In this document: piece by piece, positions 57,613 through 64,000 of the stretch
Layout of the letters: each line of letters begins with the position of its first letter
Numbering within the stretch: the stretch's first letter is position 1
The notes under the pieces: model-generated
Database searches by the model: none
Seen by the model: only the letters and a program-made list of their open reading frames with translations
Told to the model about the DNA's origin: nothing
NCBI RefSeq assembly: GCF_021246445.1
Contig: NZ_JAJQXW010000001.1
Location: 1,258,168 to 1,322,167 of the forward strand
Direction of reading: 5' to 3'
Length of the DNA stretch: 64,000 nucleotides
Source: Rhabdothermincola salaria
GTDB taxonomy: Bacteria > Actinomycetota > Acidimicrobiia > Acidimicrobiales > Acidimicrobilacustridaceae
Position numbers and translations under genes: made by a program

Positions 57613-58197
57613 ATGGCCGCGCCATCCATCCCCGTCACCGGCGACCCCGAGGCCGACCGCCTCCTCGTCACCGATCCTCTGGCCCTGCTCATCGGCATGC
57701 TGCTCGACCAGCAGGTGCCGATGGAGTGGGCGTTCAAGGGGCCCCTCACCTTGTCGCAGCGCCTGGACGGGCTCGACGCCGCTGCCATCGCGGCCATGGA
57801 CCCCGACGCCCTCGTCGAGGTCTTCGTCACCAAGCCCGCCCTGCACCGCTACCCCGCCGCCATGGCCCGCCGCACGCACGAGCTGTGCCAGTTCCTCACC
57901 GAGCACTACGACGGCGACGCCGCCAAGGTCTGGAAGGGCGTCCGCTCCGGCGACGAGCTCTACCGACGCCTCCGCGAACTCCCCGGCTACGGCGAGGAGA
58001 AGGCCAAGATCTTCATGGCCATCCTGGCCAAGCGGCTGGGCAAGGCGCCGGCCGGATGGGAGGCAGCCGCCGCGCCGTTCTCCGACGACGTGCCCCGGTC
58101 AGTGGCCGACATCTCCTCGCCCGAGGCCCTGCTGAAGGTCCGCGAGTGGAAGAAGGCCCAGAAGGCCAAGGGAAAGGGCAAGGCCGACAAGGCGTGA
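57613..58197 (+). CDS. HhH-GPD-type base-excision-repair-related protein
   Basis: GMLLDQQVPME.AF.GP, LHRYP, LPGYGEEKAKIF, RSVAD. Confidence 0.88.
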   Translation: MAAPSIPVTGDPEADRLLVTDPLALLIGMLLDQQVPMEWAFKGPLTLSQRLDGLDAAAIAAMDPDALVEVFVTKPALHRYPAAMARRTHELCQFLTEHYDGDAAKVWKGVRSGDELYRRLRELPGYGEEKAKIFMAILAKRLGKAPAGWEAAAAPFSDDVPRSVADISSPEALLKVREWKKAQKAKGKGKADKA

Positions 58198-58258
58198 CGA
58201 CCCCGCCGGGCCGAAGGCGCCCGGCCACCCCTGGACACCGGGCGACGCCTCGACGCCG

Positions 58259-58891
58259 CTACGACGACGAACCCTCGTCCTCCGCCCGTTCGCGGGCGAC
58301 GTGAAGGGGCACCGACACCTCGGTGCCGGTGGACAGCGAGGGCCGGTCGGGCTCGATCTCGGCGAGCGGCTCGCACCGCAGAAGCGAACCACGGCTGCGT
58401 CGGGCGAGCTCTTGGTACACGCGCACCCCGTTGGCCTTCCATCCCAGGGCGGTGTCGTCGAGCTCGCGCACCACCTTGGCCGGGTTCCCCGCCGCCAGGT
58501 GCCGAGCCGGCACCTCCATGCCGGCCGGCACGAAGGCGTTGGCCCCCACCAACGCCTCGCCACCGATGCGGGCGCCGTCCATCACCACGGCGTTCATGCC
58601 GATCATGGCGAAGGAGCCGACCGTGCAGCCGTGGAGGATGGCGCCATGGCCGACGTGGGCCTCGGGTGCGAGCTCGCAGGCCTCCCCCGGGAAGCAGTGC
58701 AGCACGCAGCCGTCCTGCACGTTGGCGCCCTCGCCCACGACGATGCGACCGAAGTCGCCTCGCAGGCTGGCCAACGGGCCCACGTAGGCGCCCTCGCCGA
58801 CGTGCACGTCGCCGATGAGCACGGCGTCGGGGTGCACGAACGCCCCGGGGTGCACGACGGGCCGGACGCCCTCGATCTCATAGGCCGGCAC
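58259..58891 (-). CDS. hexapeptide-repeat gamma-carbonic-anhydrase-like protein (PaaY/CaiE-like)
   Basis: HPDAVLIGDV, LRGDFG, NVQDGCVLH, GHGAILHGC. Confidence 0.85.
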   Translation of the reverse strand: MPAYEIEGVRPVVHPGAFVHPDAVLIGDVHVGEGAYVGPLASLRGDFGRIVVGEGANVQDGCVLHCFPGEACELAPEAHVGHGAILHGCTVGSFAMIGMNAVVMDGARIGGEALVGANAFVPAGMEVPARHLAAGNPAKVVRELDDTALGWKANGVRVYQELARRSRGSLLRCEPLAEIEPDRPSLSTGTEVSVPLHVARERAEDEGSSS

Positions 58892-58917
58892 GCGGTCCTC
58901 CAGTCGGTCGGGGTCGG

Positions 58918-59691
58918 TCAGCTCGACCGGTCGGCCGAGCTGAGGGCCCGCTGACGGTTCAGCCAGCCGAGCAGGACGGCCACCGCACGGGGATCGTGGC
59001 GCAGCTGGTGCCCACCGCCGTCGATGATGCGCAGGTCGGCGTCGCCGTGGGCGTCGGCCAGGACCCGGGCGTCGAACACGGGCACCACGTCGTCGTCCGA
59101 GCCGTGCAACAGCAGCACCGATCGAGGTGCCACCTTCGGGATGGCCGCCACGGCCCGCACGTCGCGGATCTCACGGGCCCAGGCGTCGAACGCCGGCGGG
59201 TAGGCCGCCGAACGGATGATGCCGGTGTCGCGCGCGTGCTGCAGGAGCCGGCGTGGGTGGCTGGCCCAGTCGTCGAAGTCGGCGGGTGCCCCCACCGCCG
59301 CCACTCCTCGGATCTCGGGATCGGCCGCGGCGGCGCAGACGCTGAGGGCCCCACCCGTGCCGAACCCGGCTGCCCACACGCCCCGCACGGCGTCGACCTC
59401 GCGCAGGAAGCGGGCTGCCGCCAACAGGTCGTCGAGCCATCCCCGCAACGAGAAGTCGCCGCCGGAGTCGCCGCAGCCACGGAAGGTGAAGGTGAGCACC
59501 ACCCACCCCATCTCGGTGGCGATGCGCTCCGCCAGCTCCGGGAAAGACCGCGCCGAGAGCCGCCCGCCCTGGTTCATGTGGGGGAACCCGTGGGTGATCA
59601 ACAGCCCCGGCACCTGCGTCCCCGCCGCGATGCTGGGCCGGGCCAGGTGCCCGGCGATCCCGATGCCCCCCGAGGTGAACAGCTGCTCCAT
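58918..59691 (-). CDS. alpha/beta-hydrolase fold protein (nucleophile elbow GFGTG)
   Basis: HGFP, FRGCGDSGG, GFGTGG, LHGSDDDVVP, GGGH. Confidence 0.8.
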   Translation of the reverse strand: MEQLFTSGGIGIAGHLARPSIAAGTQVPGLLITHGFPHMNQGGRLSARSFPELAERIATEMGWVVLTFTFRGCGDSGGDFSLRGWLDDLLAAARFLREVDAVRGVWAAGFGTGGALSVCAAAADPEIRGVAAVGAPADFDDWASHPRRLLQHARDTGIIRSAAYPPAFDAWAREIRDVRAVAAIPKVAPRSVLLLHGSDDDVVPVFDARVLADAHGDADLRIIDGGGHQLRHDPRAVAVLLGWLNRQRALSSADRSS

Positions 59692-59704
59692 GACTATGGG
59701 CGAC

Positions 59705-59837
59705 GCGGAGCGCCGCCGGTGCGAGACGGGTCGCTGGCGCTCCCGACGTCTCGCCACCCCCCACCCCGACACGAACCCACCCCGGAACGCGGAGCGCCGC
59801 CGATGCGAGACCGGCCGCTGGCGCTCCCGACGTCTCG
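59705..59837. repeat. two near-identical 49-bp structured direct repeats (59705-59753, 59789-59837), variant of the 49174 repeat
   Basis: GCGGAGCGCCGCCGRTGCGAGACSGGYCGCTGGCGCTCCCGACGTCTCG twice, 35-bp C-rich spacer. Confidence 0.9.
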
Positions 59838-59848
59838 GCCGATGCGGG

Positions 59849-60067
59849 TCACTCGGCGACGCCGGCGCCCGAGCCGTCGCCCTTGTAGGGCTTGTAGCCG
59901 CGGTTGCGGGCCTCGGCCAGGGTGTCGGGGCCGAAGCCGATGAACGTCTCGGCCGCCATGAGCTCGGCGATGATCTCGGGCTCGGTGAGGTTGTCGACGT
60001 CGTAGACCACCTGGGTGCGCTTGTCGCCCACCCATCGGTGCTCGGCGTACTTCCCGGGACGTTCCAT
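59849..60067 (-). CDS. small hypothetical protein (72 aa)
   Basis: GGAGG SD, GC3-rich codons, own -10-like TACGAT at 60100-60105. Confidence 0.75.
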   Translation of the reverse strand: MERPGKYAEHRWVGDKRTQVVYDVDNLTEPEIIAELMAAETFIGFGPDTLAEARNRGYKPYKGDGSGAGVAE

Positions 60068-60117
60068 TGGTCGTGCGCACCTCCGCTGCAGGGAGCCTCA
60101 TCGTAGGGCGGGCGCGA

Positions 60118-60147
60118 ACAGGGGAGGGCACGAAGGCCCTCCCCTGT
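60118..60147 (-). terminator. 12-bp perfect hairpin, probable intrinsic terminator
   Basis: ACAGGGGAGGGC / GCCCTCCCCTGT arms, 6-nt loop reading CUUCGU on the minus strand; only a short U tail. Confidence 0.65.
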
Positions 60148-60262
60148 CACTGAGTAAGTGGAATGAGACCGGTGGGACGTTGGCTACCGGGCGGGACGAG
60201 CTCCCGGCCGTCGTCACCGGCGGTGGCTGGGTGGGATTCACCAGCCGGCCCAGCTCGCCGCG

Positions 60263-60307
60263 CTAGCGACCAGCCACCTCCGAGGTCCCACAACAACCGT
60301 CGTTCAT
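60263..60307 (-). CDS. candidate 14-aa small ORF MNDGCCGTSEVAGR
   Basis: ATG..TAG preceded by GAAAGGAGGTGGTCCA; absent from ORF track. Confidence 0.45.
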   Translation of the reverse strand: MNDGCCGTSEVAGR

Positions 60308-60384
60308 CTGGTGGACCACCTCCTTTCCTCGGTCCGAGCAGTGTGCCAGCTCTGCCCCGCCGAGTGCACGCGCCTTTCGGCTCC

Positions 60385-60401
60385 GTTCACACGCCGTTCG
60401 C
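60385..60401 (-). promoter_or_regulatory. 11-bp-periodic repeat GTTCAC-n5-GTTCGC (plus-strand reading), candidate OmpR-family box
   Basis: offset from a -10-like hexamer (CACACT, 60340-60345) within 1 bp of that of the 45186 box. Confidence 0.4.
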
Positions 60402-60406
60402 AGGGC

Positions 60407-60859
60407 TCAGGAGCTCGCCGAGGGATCCGGCGGCTCGGGAACCTGACCGCCGATGGCGCCGATGGCCTCGAGGTACTCACCCGAGGCGTCGAGGACCCGC
60501 ACCACCCACACGTCGTCGAGCTCGAGACCGCCTTCGGCCGCCTTGCCGAGCACGTAGGCCAGCCCCTCGTCCTCGGCGGCGACCAGCGGACCGCTGGTGT
60601 CGTTCTCACCGAAGTCGCGGGCCACGCCCCGATCCTCGAGGTAGTCGAGGTGCCACAGCAGCAGCGCCCGCACGTCGTCGTAGGTCAGCTCGGCGGTCAT
60701 CTCCTCGGGGAGGCGGTCGGCCACGAACTCCACCGCCTCCTCGAGGTCGTACACCGACGTGGGCGGCTCGTCCTCGAGGCGGTAGGTGAGGCGCCCGATG
60801 GTGACCAGGGCGATGACCAGCACCGCCACCACGGTGAGCACGACGAAGACGATGAGCAC
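60407..60859 (-). CDS. hypothetical protein with N-terminal membrane anchor
   Basis: hydrophobic N-terminus, acidic soluble domain, TAGTCT hexamer 6 nt before GTG. Confidence 0.75.
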   Translation of the reverse strand: MLIVFVVLTVVAVLVIALVTIGRLTYRLEDEPPTSVYDLEEAVEFVADRLPEEMTAELTYDDVRALLLWHLDYLEDRGVARDFGENDTSGPLVAAEDEGLAYVLGKAAEGGLELDDVWVVRVLDASGEYLEAIGAIGGQVPEPPDPSASS

Positions 60860-60885
60860 GACACGAGACTACGGAGAAAACGGCG

Positions 60886-60915
60886 GAGGCCCGCACCGGC
60901 GACGGTGCGGGCCTC
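60886..60915 (-). terminator. intrinsic terminator downstream of acyl-CoA dehydrogenase
   Basis: 13-bp stem GAGGCCCGCACCG/CGGTGCGGGCCTC, 4-nt loop, followed on the minus strand by CGCCGTTTTCT. Confidence 0.7.
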
Positions 60916-60951
60916 GCGGTCGTGGTCGGCCCCGAGGGCCCGACGACCGGC

Positions 60952-62067
60952 TCAGATGCCGATGCGCTGGGCGAGGAGCTCGCGGTGGTAGGTGGGGTCG
61001 CCGAAGAGCAGTTCGGAGCTCTTGGCCCGCTTGAAGTACAGGTGGGCCGGGTGCTCCCAGGTGAAGCCGATGCCGCCGTGGATCTGGATGTTCTCGGAGG
61101 CGGCGTGGAAGTAGGCCTCCGAGCAGTAGGCCTTGGCCAGGGAGGCGACCGACGGCAGCTCGTCGTTCATCTCCGAGGCGCACCAGCCGGCGTAGTAGGC
61201 GGCCGACTTGGCCGACTCGACCTCGAGGAGCATGTCGGCGCACTTGTGCTTGATGGCCTGGAACGAGCCGATGGGCCGGCCGAACTGCACGCGCACCTTG
61301 GCGTACTCGACGGCCATGTCGAGGCACATCTGGGCGCCGCCGACCTGCTCGGCAGCGAGGCCGACCGCGGCGAGGTCGAGGACGGTGGACAGGGTGTCCC
61401 AGCCGGCGCCGTCGGTGCCGAGGAGGGTGGCCTCGACGCCGTCGAAGTCGAGCTTGGCCTGCTTGCGGGTCTGGTCCATGGTGGACAGCGCCGTGCGGGT
61501 GAGCCCAGCGGCGTCGCCGGGGACGTGGAAGAGGCTCACACCGGCGGCGGTGCGGGCGGCCACCACGATCAGGTCGGCCACGTGGCCGTCGAGGACGTAG
61601 CTCTTGGTGCCGCTGATCTTCCAGGTGCCGCCGTCGTCGGTGGCGGTGGCCTCGATGCCGGACTCGTCCCAGCGACCGTTGGGCTCGGTGAAGGCGAGGG
61701 TGGCGATGGTCTCGCCCGAGGCGATGCCCGGCAGCAGGGCGGCCTTGGCGTCGTCGTCACCGGCCTGCAGGATCGTGTTGGCGGCGAGCACCACCGTGGA
61801 GAAGTACGGGGCGCACAGCAGCGAGCGGCCCATCTCCTCGAGCACGACGATGAGCTCGACGTAGCCGAAGCCCTGGCCGCCGAACTCCTCGGGGATGGTG
61901 AGGCTCTGCAGGCCGAGCTGCTCGGCCATCTGGCTCCACACCGTGGGGTCGTAGCCCCGCTCGGTCTCCATCTGCTCGCGCACGGTGGCCTCGGAGGACT
62001 TGGCCTCCAGGAACTGACGGACGATGTTGCGGAGCTCTTCCTGCTCCTCGGAAAAGGCGAAGTTCAT
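60952..62067 (-). CDS. acyl-CoA dehydrogenase
   Basis: IPEEFGG.G, YAKVRVQFGRPIGSFQAIKH, QIHGGIGFTWE. Confidence 0.94.
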   Translation of the reverse strand: MNFAFSEEQEELRNIVRQFLEAKSSEATVREQMETERGYDPTVWSQMAEQLGLQSLTIPEEFGGQGFGYVELIVVLEEMGRSLLCAPYFSTVVLAANTILQAGDDDAKAALLPGIASGETIATLAFTEPNGRWDESGIEATATDDGGTWKISGTKSYVLDGHVADLIVVAARTAAGVSLFHVPGDAAGLTRTALSTMDQTRKQAKLDFDGVEATLLGTDGAGWDTLSTVLDLAAVGLAAEQVGGAQMCLDMAVEYAKVRVQFGRPIGSFQAIKHKCADMLLEVESAKSAAYYAGWCASEMNDELPSVASLAKAYCSEAYFHAASENIQIHGGIGFTWEHPAHLYFKRAKSSELLFGDPTYHRELLAQRIGI

Positions 62068-62111
62068 GGGCCGGGACGCTACGAGGCGGCGCGCCGGGCT
62101 GCAAACCATCT

Positions 62112-62121
62112 TGTGTACACA
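62112..62121. promoter_or_regulatory. palindrome TGTGTACACA, candidate vapBC autoregulatory operator
   Basis: perfect 10-bp palindrome ending 26 nt upstream of the antitoxin start. Confidence 0.6.
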
Positions 62122-62146
62122 CGCGTCCACATCTACGGTGGGTGCC

Positions 62147-62413
62147 GTGCAGATCGGCGTGCGAGAGCTCCGGGCCAACCTCGCCGGCCTCGTGCGACGG
62201 GCCCAGGCGGGCGAGGCCATCGTGGTGACCGTCTCGGGTCGACCGGCGGCGGTGCTCGGACCTGTCGGCGGCGGCCACGAGGTCGGGCTCGACGACCTCG
62301 TGGCCATGGGCGCGGTGCGGGCACCGCGGGCCCGCACGGGGCGGCCGGACGTGGCCCGCACTCCCCTGCCGGTCGACACCCGGTCCGACATCGAGCTGCG
62401 CAAGGTCCGCTGA
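62147..62413 (+). CDS. vapB: Phd/YefM-family antitoxin (VapB)
   Basis: IGVRELRANL..LVRRA.AGE.IVVT..GRPAA.L.P. Confidence 0.88.
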   Translation: MQIGVRELRANLAGLVRRAQAGEAIVVTVSGRPAAVLGPVGGGHEVGLDDLVAMGAVRAPRARTGRPDVARTPLPVDTRSDIELRKVR

Positions 62414-62416
62414 ACC

Positions 62417-62830
62417 GTGGCGCTGGCCATCGACTCGAGCGCCCTGGTGAAGCGCTACGTGGACGAACCGGAGAGCGCCGCGGTCACCGCGCTGATGGAC
62501 GCCGAGGCCCAGTGGTTCGCCTCGGACCTCGTGCGGTGCGAGACCACGATCCTGCTGGCCCGTCTGGCCACGAGCGCTCGCCAAGCCGAAGACCTCACCG
62601 CCCGTTTCTACGCCGACTGGGACGCCTTCCACGTGGTGCCCGTCGACGAACGCTGCCTCTCACGCGCCGCCGAGATCGGCGCCGACTTCGGCCTGCGGGT
62701 GGTCGACGCCATCCACCTGGCCGCCGCCACCCGGCTCCCCCGCCCCGTGCGCCTCTTGACCCTCGACCCTCGCCAGGTGCTGGCGGCGGTGGCCCTCGAC
62801 CTCGAACCGGTACCCACGCCCGAGGACTGA
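62417..62830 (+). CDS. vapC: PIN-domain toxin (VapC)
   Basis: IDSSALVK, RCE, DAIHLAAA, TLD acidic PIN residues; directly follows antitoxin. Confidence 0.9.
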   Translation: MALAIDSSALVKRYVDEPESAAVTALMDAEAQWFASDLVRCETTILLARLATSARQAEDLTARFYADWDAFHVVPVDERCLSRAAEIGADFGLRVVDAIHLAAATRLPRPVRLLTLDPRQVLAAVALDLEPVPTPED

Positions 62831-62890
62831 CACCTCGGCGGCCGGGCGGACCCGGGTGCGAACAGGGCCCGGAGACGAGAGGATGGTCCC

Positions 62891-63496
62891 ATGACGCTGC
62901 TGCTCTCCGACACCGGCTGGGAGCTCCACAACGTGGTGGTGGGGCCCGTCGACAACAACGTGTACGTGCTGCGCTGCACCGAGACGGGCGACGCGCTGCT
63001 CATCGACGCCGCCAACGAGCACGACCGCCTGCTCGACCTGTGCCGCACCCTCGAGGTGCGCACCGTGGTGGAGACCCACGGCCACTGGGACCACATCCAG
63101 GCCATCCCCGAGATCCGCGACGCCGGCTACGAGGTCGGCGTGACCGCGGCCGACGCCGGGATGCTGCCCAGCTACGACTACCTGCTCGAGGACGACACCG
63201 TGTTCGACGTGGGCCGTCTGAAGCTGCGCACCATCCTCACGCCGGGCCACACGCCGGGTTCGATCTGCTTCAAGGTCGAGGGCACCCCCCTGCTCTTCAC
63301 CGGCGACACCCTGTTCCCGGGCGGGCCGGGCAACACCAGCTTCGAGCACAGCGACTTCGACACGATCATCGAGTCGATCGACCGGCGTCTCTTCACCCTC
63401 CCCGAGGACCTCATCGTCCTGCCCGGCCACGGCGACCGCACCACGATCGGCACCGAACGGCCTCACCTGCAGGAGTGGGTCGACCGGGGCTGGTGA
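62891..63496 (+). CDS. metallo-beta-lactamase-fold hydrolase (glyoxalase II-like)
   Basis: THGHWDH, TPGHTPGS, FTGDTLF, LPGHG. Confidence 0.92.
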   Translation: MTLLLSDTGWELHNVVVGPVDNNVYVLRCTETGDALLIDAANEHDRLLDLCRTLEVRTVVETHGHWDHIQAIPEIRDAGYEVGVTAADAGMLPSYDYLLEDDTVFDVGRLKLRTILTPGHTPGSICFKVEGTPLLFTGDTLFPGGPGNTSFEHSDFDTIIESIDRRLFTLPEDLIVLPGHGDRTTIGTERPHLQEWVDRGW

Positions 63497-63575
63497 GCCG
63501 ACAGCTCTTCGCCGCCGAACCTCTGGTTCGGTGTCGCCGCTCGGTCGAGGTGAACGACACCTAGGATCGCCGTCC

Positions 63576-64000
63576 GTGCCTGTTCCTCGACGAGCTGCTC
63601 GCATGCTGCGCGCGCTGCTGGTGGCCTCGACGGTCTTGATCGCCTCGGCGTGCGGGACCTCGGGCTCAGCTCAGGTCGAGGCGCCGGGGAGCGACCGCTC
63701 CCTGGTGCACCCCGATGAGCTCTGTGACGAGGCACTCGAGAGCGACGACACGGTGCTCGTCACGGCTGCCCACGTCGTCACCGACGGGCGACTCGGCGCG
63801 CTGTGCTTCGGCGAACCCGACGACACCCTCGTCGAGGCGTGGGACGAGCTCGTCGCCATCACCCCACCCGGTCAGCTCTCCGACCTCGCCGTCGTCGTCG
63901 GCTTCGTCGCGGACGAAGACGACGACAGCCAGACCCTCGCCTTCGTGAACGCCTTGGACTCGGAGGGCCTGGCGTTCCAGATGTCGATCAACCTGCCCGC
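63576..64000 (+). CDS. putative lipoprotein, truncated by window end
   Basis: open frame VPVPRRAARMLRALLVASTVLIASACG... with lipobox; TAGGAT hexamer 8 nt before GTG; no stop before 64000. Confidence 0.6.
   Translation, partial: MPVPRRAARMLRALLVASTVLIASACGTSGSAQVEAPGSDRSLVHPDELCDEALESDDTVLVTAAHVVTDGRLGALCFGEPDDTLVEAWDELVAITPPGQLSDLAVVVGFVADEDDDSQTLAFVNALDSEGLAFQMSINLP

Noticed and set aside
60312..60327. 16S rRNA gene fragment
   Set aside because: Similarity is limited to 16 nt and flanks show no rRNA-like sequence

Overview
Very GC-rich (visually ~70% or more), gene-dense chromosomal window of an actinobacterium. Gene content and style suggest class Acidimicrobiia (inference). 1-20.6 kb is a cell-surface glycan locus: GT4/GT2/GT-C glycosyltransferases, rfbD-rfbB-rfbC split from rfbA by a glycan-modification cassette (FkbM methyltransferase, flippase-like protein, asparagine-synthetase-like protein, pyruvyltransferase), and two exported proteins (a GH25 muramidase and a lysozyme-like lipoprotein) sharing four ~100-aa Cys-containing repeats. 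20.8-64 kb is mostly housekeeping: moeB-rhodanese, sirtuin, pepA, cobalamin adenosyltransferase, metH, two more GTs, Ku, a lipB-lipA fusion, E2/E3/E1 of 2-oxoacid dehydrogenase, an ATP-grasp/alpha-E/transglutaminase operon, PRC-barrel genes, rsgA, oxoprolinase A/B, an RNase H-SLOG fusion, acyl-CoA dehydrogenase and a vapBC module. No rRNA, tRNA, CRISPR array or transposase was seen. The most notable unannotated signals are: (i) a ~215-nt structured transcript candidate at ~60118-60333 with a 14-aa ORF behind a 15/16-nt complement of the 16S 3' end; (ii) an 11-bp-periodic GTTCAC box placed at nearly the same distance from that promoter and from the ATP-grasp operon promoter; (iii) a paired intergenic repeat with covarying, pseudoknot-compatible structure; (iv) the RNase H-SLOG fusion. 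Many start codons were moved from the ORF track using motif, SD and -10 evidence and are approximate.
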